Shown here: positions 11,418 to 20,723 of the stretch, one piece after another
Layout of the letters: each line of letters begins with the position of its first letter
Position numbering within the stretch: the first letter of the stretch is position 1
Translations under genes and position numbers: made by a program
DNA from: an uncultured Gammaproteobacteria bacterium
GTDB lineage: Bacteria; Patescibacteriota; Microgenomatia; UBA8517
Assembly (NCBI GenBank): GCA_964427735.1
Contig: CAYRUS010000001.1
Location: 98,173 to 162,172 of the forward strand
Direction of reading: 5' to 3'
DNA: 64,000 bases
Notes under the pieces: generated by a model
Told to the model about the DNA's origin: nothing
What the model saw: the letters and a program-made list of their open reading frames with translations, nothing else
The model's database searches: none

Positions 11418-12341
11418 TTATTTCATTTTTTGCAGGGCATTTATTCTTTCTTCTACTGGTGGATGGGTATTAAAAAGATTTGCAAACCAACCAACTCCTC
11501 CTTTGACTTTGTCTTTAAAAGGGTTTGCTATGTATAAATGTGCTGTTGCCTTGTTTGCAACCTCGAGAGGTTCATGATCAGCAGATATTTTTTGCAAGGC
11601 TGATATAAGTCCCTGAGGCTGTCTGGTTATTGCTACAGCAGATGCGTCAGCAAAAAACTCACGCCTCCTTGAAATTGCAAGCTGAATTAATTGTGCAATG
11701 ATTGGAGAAAGTATCGCAAATATTATTCCAAGTACCATAATAATCGCACCAGCATTTCCTTCTTTTTTGTTCCCTCTAGATCTGAAGCTTGATCTAAGCA
11801 TAATATCACCAACTAATGCGATTGTACCGACAAGAACAGCAACAATAGACATCAACCGTATATCATAATTTTTAATATGAGAAAGCTCATGAGCAATAAC
11901 TCCCTCCAACTCAGTTCTATCTAATTTGTCTAGAAGCCCACGGGTTGCAACAATTACTGCATGATCAGGATCTCTTCCAGTGGCAAATGCATTGGTCGCA
12001 CTGTCTTCAATAACATAGAGTTTAGGTTTAGGTAATCCTGCCCCAATACTCAAGTTTTCAGCTACTGTATAAAAATCAAAGTCTCTAGTCCTATCTGCCG
12101 GTCTTGCATTTGAAATTTTGAGTACTATTTTGTCAGAATAATAATAACTAACAAAGCTAGTTATTCCTGAAAAAATAAGGGCAAAACCAGCAATACCTAA
12201 ACCACCCGCATCGTATCCAAAATAATACGAAAATGCAGTTGTAATAAAATAAATTGATATTGATGCAAAAACAACAAAAAGCACAATAATAATAAAACTT
12301 TTGCGCTTATTTGAAGCTGCTACCTCATATATATTTTGCAT
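11418..12341 (-). CDS. htpX: HtpX-like M48 zinc metalloprotease
   Basis: The protein is 307 aa with N-terminal TM helices and the HExxH motif IAHELSHIKN. It follows LemA, a common pairing. The ATG is at 12339-12341. Confidence 0.8.
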   Translation of the reverse strand: MQNIYEVAASNKRKSFIIIVLFVVFASISIYFITTAFSYYFGYDAGGLGIAGFALIFSGITSFVSYYYSDKIVLKISNARPADRTRDFDFYTVAENLSIGAGLPKPKLYVIEDSATNAFATGRDPDHAVIVATRGLLDKLDRTELEGVIAHELSHIKNYDIRLMSIVAVLVGTIALVGDIMLRSSFRSRGNKKEGNAGAIIMVLGIIFAILSPIIAQLIQLAISRRREFFADASAVAITRQPQGLISALQKISADHEPLEVANKATAHLYIANPFKDKVKGGVGWFANLFNTHPPVEERINALQKMK

Positions 12342-12343
12342 AG

Positions 12344-12934
12344 TTAACTTAAATCAACTTTTGGTGTTTGAACATCCTCTTTACCTACTTTAGTTGCGTC
12401 TGCTTCACTTTCCATTATCAATCCTGGTTGCTCTTTAAACCCAAAGATGTTAGCTACTAAATTACTCGGAAACTGAGCTATCTTAACGTTATAGTCAGCT
12501 GTTAAGTCTATCAAAAGTCTTCTAGCATACATAACTTTGTCCGAAGTATCCCTAAGCTCATTCATAAGGTTTGTAACTACTTCGCTAGCTTTTAGTTCTG
12601 GATTATCTTCAACAGCAATGTTAAGTTGTGGTACTAATGAAGCTACTTGAGCTCCTGCGTCTGACATTTTTTGTAAATCCCCGGATTCTACAGCACTTGC
12701 TACAGCTTTTCTTGCTTCTGTAAGCTTGTCAAAAATATTACTTTCGTGTTTTAAGTATCCTTTTGCAGATGATTCTAAATTAGGAATAAGTTCTGATTGT
12801 CTTTTAAGTTGGTTGCCAATTTCTTGAACAGATGCTTTTATTCGTGCTTTTGTAGCCACAAAAAAATTGTAAGTAACTACAAAATATCCGATAACACCTA
12901 AAAGCAGAACTCCTAATACAATTAGTGCAATCAT
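12344..12934 (-). CDS. lemA: LemA family membrane protein
   Basis: The protein is 196 aa with an N-terminal TM helix and a LemA-like coiled region. It sits directly upstream of htpX. Confidence 0.65.
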   Translation of the reverse strand: MIALIVLGVLLLGVIGYFVVTYNFFVATKARIKASVQEIGNQLKRQSELIPNLESSAKGYLKHESNIFDKLTEARKAVASAVESGDLQKMSDAGAQVASLVPQLNIAVEDNPELKASEVVTNLMNELRDTSDKVMYARRLLIDLTADYNVKIAQFPSNLVANIFGFKEQPGLIMESEADATKVGKEDVQTPKVDLS

Positions 12935-12982
12935 TTTATATCACCTCCTTTAATTTTATTTATTTCAAAATTCATATCCATT

Positions 12983-14785
12983 TTATTTTAGCAGCTTTTC
13001 GAATTCTTGATAAGATCTTGTATTGACGATATCTTTTGCTTCAGCCCATCCTCTTCTTGCAACCCAAACCCCGTACTGCATGTTCCCCATACTACTAATG
13101 TGATGGGTATCAGTACCTAAAGTTAGTTTCACGCCTGCTTGAATTGCTTCTTGAACTAAAAAGTCAGGTAAATCCAATCTGGCAGGATCACAATTTATTT
13201 CCAACCATTTGTTGTTTTTAAGTGCAAAATCAAAAATTTCTTCCCAATCAAGCTCAACGCCTTCCCTTTCACCTAAAATTCTCCCTGTCGGATGTGCGAA
13301 TATTTTCGCCTTTGGATGCTCTAAAGATTTTATTACTCTCTTGGTCATTTCCCTTCTCGGTTTATCAAAGCTTGAATGAATAGACACTAAAGCAAAATCT
13401 AAATGTTCCAGCCCTTTGTCGTCAACAGGCAATCCACCACCAGAAAGCATGTCAATTTCAAGAGAATTGAACACTTTTTGCACACCATCACTTGGTGACT
13501 TTTTCACTTTTTTCACTATTGATTCATTTATTTGTTCTATTTTTTCTTTTTTCCTCTTAATCAAGTCATTTATTTCTTTGTTGTTATGTTTACTTTTGCT
13601 TGGATTATGTTCTGTAAAAGCAATATACTCATACCCAAGACCATTGGCTACTTTAATAACTTCCTCCATTGAAGATTGACCAAGATCATGACTAGTTTCA
13701 ATATCAAAGTTAGAATGAATATGAAGATCTGCCTTGATATCTTTTAATTTAACTAAGTTTGGCAAACCAGGTATTTCACCTTTAGCTTCCCTCATTGATG
13801 CCTCAATTTCACCTGTGTCTTCTCTAAGCTCTGGAGGTATCCACACCATTCCCAATGCTTTGTAAAAATCTTCTTCAGAAGAGTATTTTTTTGTTTTTCC
13901 ATCTATTTTTATCCCATATTCAGATAAACTCATTTTCTTTTTTAATGCATATTCCCGAAGCTTTACATTGTGATGTTTAGAACCAGTAAAGTGCTGCAAA
14001 AGTGATCCATATTCATCAGGCGACATAACCTTAAGATCTACTTGAATATTCCCAGGTAAAAGTATTGCTGCAGATTTTTCTCCTCTTTCTAAAGTTCTAA
14101 TCTTTTTAGGAAATTGAATAAAATGTTCTATCACATTTTGTGGATTTTTTGCTGCTGCAGATAAATCAATATCTCCAATAGTAGAAACTTTCCGTCTTAA
14201 ACTACCCAACGTATCCACCTTCTCAACATCTTTACTCTGTTTCATCCAATTTATAATTTCTTCTGCTCTAGTTTGAGCGTAGTTTATCCGTAATCGTTTT
14301 TCCCTGCCCTTAGCTTCTTTTAGACCTTTTTTAAGTGATTCCGTCAGCTCTTCCCCAAAACCTTCTAATTCAGAAACTATACCTGCATCCAAAGCCTTTT
14401 TGAGATCCTTTATCGGGTTTTCTTCAGAAATTTTAAGTTCTGTTGCTATCTGATATGCTCTTTTAGGTCCAATCCCGGGTATTTTAATTAGTTCAAATAC
14501 AGACCTTGGTATTCCATTCAAAATTTCCTGAAAGTGCTTTGATTTACCTTTTTCAAATATTTCACCTATGTTCTCGGCTATGCTTTTCCCTATTCCTGAT
14601 ACCTCTTCTAGTCTACCTTCGTCCCAAAGATCTTTTGCTTCACTCGAGAGGTGTTCTATAGCGGTGGCAGCTCTTTCATAAGCAATTATTCTAAATCTGT
14701 TCTTTTTCTCATCCTTTATTTTTAAGGCTGCAGCAAGAGAGTTGAGAAGACTAGAAAGTTCAATATTATTAATATCTTTTTTCAT
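12983..14785 (-). CDS. Family X DNA polymerase (pol beta-like core + C-terminal PHP domain)
   Basis: The protein is 600 aa. The N-terminal helix-hairpin-helix region is IIAYERAATAIE and GIGKSIAE..GIGPKRA. The C-terminal PHP histidines are ADLHIHSNFD...AFTEHN. The ATG is at 14783-14785. Confidence 0.8.
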   Translation of the reverse strand: MKKDINNIELSSLLNSLAAALKIKDEKKNRFRIIAYERAATAIEHLSSEAKDLWDEGRLEEVSGIGKSIAENIGEIFEKGKSKHFQEILNGIPRSVFELIKIPGIGPKRAYQIATELKISEENPIKDLKKALDAGIVSELEGFGEELTESLKKGLKEAKGREKRLRINYAQTRAEEIINWMKQSKDVEKVDTLGSLRRKVSTIGDIDLSAAAKNPQNVIEHFIQFPKKIRTLERGEKSAAILLPGNIQVDLKVMSPDEYGSLLQHFTGSKHHNVKLREYALKKKMSLSEYGIKIDGKTKKYSSEEDFYKALGMVWIPPELREDTGEIEASMREAKGEIPGLPNLVKLKDIKADLHIHSNFDIETSHDLGQSSMEEVIKVANGLGYEYIAFTEHNPSKSKHNNKEINDLIKRKKEKIEQINESIVKKVKKSPSDGVQKVFNSLEIDMLSGGGLPVDDKGLEHLDFALVSIHSSFDKPRREMTKRVIKSLEHPKAKIFAHPTGRILGEREGVELDWEEIFDFALKNNKWLEINCDPARLDLPDFLVQEAIQAGVKLTLGTDTHHISSMGNMQYGVWVARRGWAEAKDIVNTRSYQEFEKLLK

Positions 14786-15133
14786 TTTTGTTTAGTTAAT
14801 TTATCTCTAAATATTTGTAGATACTGACTGATCAGTTTAATTATAACCTTATTGTGAAATATTTCTTCCTAAGATTAATTCCTCGCCTTCTTATAAGTAA
14901 AGTACAAACTATAACAATTCTCTTACAGCACTTTAATAATATTCGGTTGTAATAAAGTAGGTATCTTGAAATATTTCGATTGCGAATCCAATTTCGGAGG
15001 GCTTAATTATCAATTTCTCGTATAAAAGGAGAAAAACCATGAACGAGAATGAATCACTTTGGGCAGTTTTAGGAGCTTCCCAGCTTTTCTAGGTACTTCC
15101 TGGACAATTGCAGATTCCTGGTTACACGCCGCA

Positions 15134-15352
15134 ATGTTTTTAGTATTAGCCATAACAACCCTCTTTGTATTACGTAGTTGTTTACCCACTATGCGAGGTA
15201 GTCGCTATTTTTTAAATGGAGTAGCTGTTCTCGGACTGTCTTACACTACAGCGAGAATAGCTGTTAATTCATGGACAAATCTCGCATATTGGTTAATAAT
15301 TTTAGCGTTAGCATTTTTCATTATTTACAATTTGCGAGGGAATAACAAATAA
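15134..15352 (+). CDS. small two-helix membrane protein (hypothetical)
   Basis: An in-frame ATG at 15134 sits inside the 97-aa track ORF. The product has two hydrophobic helices. A strong stem-loop terminator follows at 15361-15412. It is preceded by a 17-aa uORF (15039-15092) with a strong AAAGGAG Shine-Dalgarno. Confidence 0.3.
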   Translation: MFLVLAITTLFVLRSCLPTMRGSRYFLNGVAVLGLSYTTARIAVNSWTNLAYWLIILALAFFIIYNLRGNNK

Positions 15353-15360
15353 CGAGAACC

Positions 15361-15412
15361 GGGCTTGCTGCAGAATTAACACTGCCACAACTTCAGCAAG
15401 CCCTTTATTTTA
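15361..15412 (+). terminator. rho-independent-terminator-like hairpin
   Basis: A perfect 10-bp stem pairs GGGCTTGCTG (15361-15370) with CAGCAAGCCC (15394-15403). TTTATTTTATT follows the stem. The loop is long (23 nt). Confidence 0.4.
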
Positions 15413-15506
15413 TTAAAGATATTGTCCCTGTTTCAATAATAAGGTATAATTCTTATGCTCAAATATATTTGAGATATCACTTTTACATTTGGATTTATTA
15501 AACTTT

Positions 15507-15580
15507 GGGGTAGTAGCTCAGTTGGCTAGAGTGTTCGCCTGTCACGCGAAAGGTCGCGGGTTCGAGTCCCGTCTACCCCG
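15507..15580 (+). tRNA. tRNA-Asp (GTC)
   Basis: Hand-folded cloverleaf with acceptor GGGGTAG/CTACCCC and anticodon stem TTCGC/GCGAA. The anticodon loop is CTGTCAC and the T-arm is GCGGG-TTCGAGT-CCCGT. CCA is not encoded. Confidence 0.85.
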
Positions 15581-15692
15581 CCCCAACTTTTAGCTTCAAA
15601 TAACTATATCAATTTGATCAAAACTTAACGGGATTATAGCTTCTCACACCGTTTTTTGCCGGTTTTTGCTTTAGGGGATATAATTGTATTAA

Positions 15693-16043
15693 GTGAATAC
15701 AGAGAATTCAGAACAATCAATCAAAAGAGATTATTCTTCACTTAGTGAAGAGGAAAAGATAAGAGCAATATTGGGGGCAGTTATAGAACCAGTATCAAAA
15801 CAATTTGCTCTAGATCTGAGTGGTATAGATTACGACAGGTTAAATACTGAGATGAAAGAAAGAATTAATAATTTATTTGATGATGATGAGGTTAAAAAAG
15901 AAATTGTGGATGGTGACTGCAAATATATTCTAAATGAGCTAGGAAGAGAAAGACTTGCCGGAAACATCGATATGAGATCTGTTCATAGTATTATTGCCGA
16001 TAAATTATGGGGGGATCTTTTTCCTGATGATAACTTAGATTAA
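15693..16043 (+). CDS. hypothetical acidic protein (116 aa)
   Basis: It is an isolated ORF downstream of tRNA-Asp. I recognise no motifs. Confidence 0.35.
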   Translation: MNTENSEQSIKRDYSSLSEEEKIRAILGAVIEPVSKQFALDLSGIDYDRLNTEMKERINNLFDDDEVKKEIVDGDCKYILNELGRERLAGNIDMRSVHSIIADKLWGDLFPDDNLD

Positions 16044-16235
16044 AATAAGTTTAAGAAATTTCTTCTAAACTCTTCCAATTTAGCTCTCTCAACGATTCTA
16101 TAATTTCGTACTCTTTAGTGAGAGAAACTATAATTGAATATATACCACATTTAACAGAAAGTATAGAAAATTTTAAACTTTAATATTAGTAGGATAGTTA
16201 TATTTGTTTTTTAGGATAAAACCGTATCTAAGATT

Positions 16236-17234
16236 TTACTCTTCCATTTCCATAAAACTTTGCAAATCATGTATTCCTATTCCCTTATAATTTGGGTTAT
16301 TTTTATACTCTTTGTCTAATTTCATAATTTCAGTAAAAAACTCACTTTTACCCTTTCTATAAAAAGAAACATTTTCTTCTTCTACTTCAGCGGTTTCCTG
16401 ACCAACAACGACATCAACATCTAAATTATTTTTCGTTAAATAATCAAATTCACCTTTAACTAAATTTATCGATCCATTTTCACCTTCTGCAAAATCACGA
16501 TAATCCATAATGAACACAAATGTATCTGGACGTTTGTTTAAAATATCAAATAAATGATAACCCAAATTTTTTCTGCTCTCATTATAAGTCACCTGCGGAA
16601 TTACTTCACTGTTATCAAACCAAAAAGGGACAGCAAAGCCAATTTGCAACCCCCTTTCCTGTTTATTATTTTCTATTATTTGATCAACTAAAGTAAGATA
16701 TTCAATCGAATAAACCTGTTTTTTACTTTCAAAGGTATTTAAATTGTAAAATTCGATATCAAATAAAATTCCATCAATATTTGAATCTTCCGAATTTTTA
16801 TTAAACTCATTCACATAATCTATAAGCAGTTCTGGAATATACCAATGGGACGACCTTCCCCATTCTTGATGTCCAGCTAGCGCAATAACTGAAATTTTAT
16901 TCTTTTCAGCTTCATTTATAAAATATTTGAAATTAGATTCAAATCTGCCTTTTAATTGGTTTCTTTTCTCTTCCTCCAACTCATGAACATCAACATATTC
17001 ATCAATACTTACATACAATATTGTTATCCCCTCCTGCTTAGCAAAAGAAATATATTCCTTGATTTCTTCATGAGTCAAAGACGATGGTGAACTCCATATA
17101 AAAGAACTCAAATTCCCTTCAAGTCTATTTATTATTTTTTGATTACTTCGTGAACCTATATTATTCAAATTTTCATTTAAGAAAATAACTGCAAATAAAG
17201 CAATCAATAAAAATGATAACTTTTTTAAATCCAT
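16236..17234 (-). CDS. secreted glycoside-hydrolase-like (GHL/TIM-barrel-like) protein, partner of the GT2 synthase
   Basis: The start was moved to the ATG at 17232-17234, which has an AAGGT Shine-Dalgarno (MDLKKLSFLLIALFAVIFL... is a signal peptide). The segment ILYVSIDEY...GILFDIEFY resembles the GHL10/DUF4015-type putative polysaccharide hydrolases found next to EPS synthases. Confidence 0.45.
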   Translation of the reverse strand: MDLKKLSFLLIALFAVIFLNENLNNIGSRSNQKIINRLEGNLSSFIWSSPSSLTHEEIKEYISFAKQEGITILYVSIDEYVDVHELEEEKRNQLKGRFESNFKYFINEAEKNKISVIALAGHQEWGRSSHWYIPELLIDYVNEFNKNSEDSNIDGILFDIEFYNLNTFESKKQVYSIEYLTLVDQIIENNKQERGLQIGFAVPFWFDNSEVIPQVTYNESRKNLGYHLFDILNKRPDTFVFIMDYRDFAEGENGSINLVKGEFDYLTKNNLDVDVVVGQETAEVEEENVSFYRKGKSEFFTEIMKLDKEYKNNPNYKGIGIHDLQSFMEMEE

Positions 17235-17247
17235 CTTACCTTTAGAA

Positions 17248-18900
17248 TTAAGTTCCAAAGTTATTCATAGTTACTTCCACAACCTCTTCAATTGATTGCT
17301 TATAGACTTTTATATAATAAACTTCTCCATGATCTACGATTAATGGAAGATCTTTGGATAAAACTTCGTTGGCATAACCAAGTTCCTTTTCATTAAAGGA
17401 AATCTTTTCCTCCTTTAAGTATTCAGTAAGAGCTTTCATCGATACTCTATTATTCTCATCCCCTGGCTCAACTTCAATTACATAGTATTCTTTATTTGTT
17501 TGTTTTATTCCTTGGTTTGTATTTTCGATTTGTGTTGATACTCCCGCCACACTAGGGCTATTTTTCCTATCCACATAAACAGGTGTTAGCAATTCTTTAC
17601 CCTCAATAATATCCCTGGATGTACTGTACACTTTAGCAGATGCAACCTGGACAAGTTCAACCGGTTCATAATCTCTTCCTAAAATTAACCTTTGGGCGAA
17701 ATTAACATTAAAAATTAAAATTAATGATATAACTGAAACTATTACAGAGTGATTTTTAATTGTATTTAAGGCATATCGAGGGTTTGAAATTCTTACCTTA
17801 TTTGGATTATGTTTAAACCTAATTTTTCCAATATTCCCAGTTTTAAGCACCGTATTCATGTATCTAAAAGCACCAAACCATACTAAGACAAGAACCTGAA
17901 AAAGAGCGTAGAAGGGAAACAATATCATCCATTTATTTCTAACTTTCCAGTTGGCTAGATAAGTAACTATTACATATAAAGCAAGAATAAAAGGTAAGAG
18001 ATGTATATGACTTACCATTTGAATCAGCTTAAATGGCAAAAGAAAGTAAATAATGAAAGAAAAGTAAATAAAGTGAAAAGGATGTTTTAAGTTGTGGTCC
18101 ATATTTACAATAGAATGCCTAAACATACCACACATCCATGAGAATCTCTGCTTAGCCCACTTTTTAAATGTCGGCGGAATATCTGTGTAAAAAACCATTG
18201 GAATATGCCCAACTTTGTACCCCATCATGTCAGCCAATTTTCCTATTTCTACATCGCCCCCATTAAAGAATAATGAGTGATTTATCATTATCGACTCCAT
18301 AACACTTCTTTTTGCTACCATTCCAGCTCCGCTTGTCAGCCATGGATAAATAAGCCTTGCCTGCATAGCAATGTCATATTCAATTCCCTGCAAATGCTCC
18401 ATAATTGTCTCTCTTTGTGTTGGAAGTACCTTTACAGAAGCAATATCAAAATTTCTCTCTTCCATTGCACCACAAAGTACTCTTAAATCTCCATCTACAA
18501 AAGTATCAGCATCAATAAAGATTACATATTTTTCCCTCAGCCCGGAAATTGTGTCTTTAAGAACAGCATCATGAGCAAGAAGAGTTTTATTATAGATTGC
18601 CCAAGGGTTTTTAGACTTAGTTCCTACATTTGAATAATTAATTCGAAACCCGTAATTTTTAGCTATTTCTTTTAAAGATTTATAAAATTCTTTGCTTTCA
18701 TTAGTTGTTGTACACAATACAACATTCTCACTGTACTTTTTCAAAAAATCCAAATTGCTTAAGTATTTTGTGTCATTAAATATAGGAACTAGTAAAGCAA
18801 AATCTGAAGATCGCACTTTTACAGCATCAAGGTCAAGAGGCTTAATAAAATTAGCTCTAACAGTCGCAAAATCAAATATGGTTAGTAATGGTAATAACAT
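17248..18900 (-). CDS. processive family-2 glycosyltransferase (PgaC/cellulose-synthase-like polysaccharide synthase) with a C-terminal extracytoplasmic domain
   Basis: DxD is present (IFIDADTFVDGD) and so is the Q(Q/R)xRW motif (KQRFSWMCG). Multiple TM helices lie after the catalytic domain. A ~150-aa soluble C-terminal tail follows. The likely ATG is at 18898-18900; the track start at 18915 is a TTG. Confidence 0.75.
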   Translation of the reverse strand: MLLPLLTIFDFATVRANFIKPLDLDAVKVRSSDFALLVPIFNDTKYLSNLDFLKKYSENVVLCTTTNESKEFYKSLKEIAKNYGFRINYSNVGTKSKNPWAIYNKTLLAHDAVLKDTISGLREKYVIFIDADTFVDGDLRVLCGAMEERNFDIASVKVLPTQRETIMEHLQGIEYDIAMQARLIYPWLTSGAGMVAKRSVMESIMINHSLFFNGGDVEIGKLADMMGYKVGHIPMVFYTDIPPTFKKWAKQRFSWMCGMFRHSIVNMDHNLKHPFHFIYFSFIIYFLLPFKLIQMVSHIHLLPFILALYVIVTYLANWKVRNKWMILFPFYALFQVLVLVWFGAFRYMNTVLKTGNIGKIRFKHNPNKVRISNPRYALNTIKNHSVIVSVISLILIFNVNFAQRLILGRDYEPVELVQVASAKVYSTSRDIIEGKELLTPVYVDRKNSPSVAGVSTQIENTNQGIKQTNKEYYVIEVEPGDENNRVSMKALTEYLKEEKISFNEKELGYANEVLSKDLPLIVDHGEVYYIKVYKQSIEEVVEVTMNNFGT

Positions 18901-19007
18901 AATTCGTGGGTACAACAGAATTTAGAACCTAACTCAGTGATATGGGGTAATTATTGGGTAAGAATGATGTAATAAATTGAAGTAGTGCTTGGTATTATAT
19001 ATAGTGA

Positions 19008-19033
19008 AGTTCTAAACTCATCCCATTTATTCC
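19008..19033 (+). repeat. 26-bp direct repeat, copy 1 (AGTTCTAAACTCATCCCATTTATTCC)
   Basis: It is identical to 20233-20258. A CCCGTT-N6-AACGGG hairpin and a T7 run follow it. Confidence 0.8.
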
Positions 19034-19103
19034 GCCCCGTTACCCTCAACGGGACGACCTTGGAACTTTTTTTACTCTATAACAAAATGACTTTACAAAA
19101 AAA

Positions 19104-20129
19104 TTATCTGTTATTAAATAACTCAATTTCTGCAGATCTAATCACATACGACCAGTTTCGTTCATAAGCAGCGATAGGTCCAGTACTATCGTAAGTTATT
19201 TGCATTAAAGTATCTTGATTGTCACCATTTTTACTGGTTACCGAACATGGAACAAGAACTTCATCTAGAGCACCATCACTCATTATTAAGAAAGGAGTTC
19301 CACTTGCCAAATCGAATCCTGTGTTTAACTTCAATTTCCTTTTACGCACCCCCACAATTACAGGAGTATTTTCATTATTTCTTCTAGCAACTTCGGCGGT
19401 GATTCTATAAAAACTTTGCAAGTCTCCAACTGTAGGATATCTTCTAGTTAATGATACCCATTGGCCTTCAGAAAACCATTCAATTAGATAATTTGGATTA
19501 GATTGCAACAAAGCCATAGTGGTTTGAGTCATCCTTCGTCCTTTTTCTACAAATTCTTCTTGCACCTTACCTTCATCATATTCAATATTAAAATGACCAT
19601 ATATGCTTGCTATCAGAGTTTTTTTTGTCTCTTGCGGCAATAAAGGATGTGGTATCAAAGTAAGTTGACCGTCTCTAGATATTTTTAAATCTACTGGTAA
19701 TACATTGTGTCCTTCACCGATAGATAGGTTGAATAATTTAACAGTTTCTGGTTCCTCTTTTGATATAACCCAATCAAATCTTGCTAACTCAACTTTACCC
19801 TGACTTACTAGACTCATAGAATGCATTGAGTAGGGACTAGAAATATATTTACTTTCCAAATACAAGAAATCGGAGCACCTCTTGTCAATTCCTTGGATAT
19901 GGTAATTGAAATTGCCTGGTAATTTCCTTTTACCATCTATCGGAATATAAAGTTTCGAATGATCTCTTAAACTTAACTCAGTTACTAATATGTCCAAAAA
20001 GTGTCTGGCAATTCTTTCTCCTTCATTTTTGTACTCATCGACTATAATCTTGTTTAAGGTCTGAACATTATCACTAAACGGATGTTCTATAGGATCATCA
20101 CTGAGAAAATCACCATTTTCATTTGACAT
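19104..20129 (-). CDS. hypothetical cytoplasmic protein (341 aa), exactly bracketed by the 26-bp direct repeats
   Basis: The frame is intact and the ATG is at 20127-20129. It has no signal peptide or TM helix. I recognise no family. Confidence 0.5.
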   Translation of the reverse strand: MSNENGDFLSDDPIEHPFSDNVQTLNKIIVDEYKNEGERIARHFLDILVTELSLRDHSKLYIPIDGKRKLPGNFNYHIQGIDKRCSDFLYLESKYISSPYSMHSMSLVSQGKVELARFDWVISKEEPETVKLFNLSIGEGHNVLPVDLKISRDGQLTLIPHPLLPQETKKTLIASIYGHFNIEYDEGKVQEEFVEKGRRMTQTTMALLQSNPNYLIEWFSEGQWVSLTRRYPTVGDLQSFYRITAEVARRNNENTPVIVGVRKRKLKLNTGFDLASGTPFLIMSDGALDEVLVPCSVTSKNGDNQDTLMQITYDSTGPIAAYERNWSYVIRSAEIELFNNR

Positions 20130-20232
20130 AACTTATTATAAGATAAAACACATTAATAATCTAATATTATGGGTTTTTAATAAGATGCTGTAAGTTGGAA
20201 GGTGATAGTAGTTGCGATTAAGTATAAAAGTT

Positions 20233-20258
20233 AGTTCTAAACTCATCCCATTTATTCC
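20233..20258 (+). repeat. 26-bp direct repeat, copy 2
   Basis: It is a perfect copy of 19008-19033. It lies in the 5' region of the 160-aa gene. Confidence 0.8.
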
Positions 20259-20283
20259 TCTATCATTTGATATAATTCAGGTA

Positions 20284-20694
20284 ATGGAAAAGTTAGAAAC
20301 GTTTGATTTTGGAAAAGGTCCTGAACTTGTTGTTTTTGAAGAAGCAATGAAAGTAACTAATGGTGTCGAATGTGATGTTTATAGTGTGAAAGACAATGTC
20401 GATAAGGATTTAGGAATTATAAGAGTTGATTTAGGCAAAAGTACACCACACCAAAAAGTTATTAACGGGGAAAAAACTATCGAGGGGCATATATCCGGTG
20501 ATGGTTTTTTAATTATAAAAAAAGTCAACGGGAGTGAGGAAATTTACCCAACAACAGAAGGAGTAAATCAGCAGTTTGAGCTTGTTGTTGAAATAGGAGA
20601 AACCATGCAATGGATAGCTGGCGAAAATTCTTCACTTGAACTATTTGAGATATGTATACCCCCATATGAAGATGGTAGATTTGAAGACTTGTAA
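20284..20694 (+). CDS. hypothetical small beta-rich protein (possibly cupin-like)
   Basis: The likely start is the ATGGAAAAG at 20284, because the track ORF start at 20212 lies inside the repeat. There are no TM segments. Confidence 0.35.
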   Translation: MEKLETFDFGKGPELVVFEEAMKVTNGVECDVYSVKDNVDKDLGIIRVDLGKSTPHQKVINGEKTIEGHISGDGFLIIKKVNGSEEIYPTTEGVNQQFELVVEIGETMQWIAGENSSLELFEICIPPYEDGRFEDL

Positions 20695-20723
20695 AATACT
20701 CCTGTCTTTCAATATCTGATCAT

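Noticed and set aside
19036-19078. CCCGTT-N6-AACGGG hairpin + T7 as an intrinsic terminator
   Set aside because: The T-run starts 13 nt after the stem, and no plus-strand gene ends here. It may belong to the repeat element, so it is reported only in that context.
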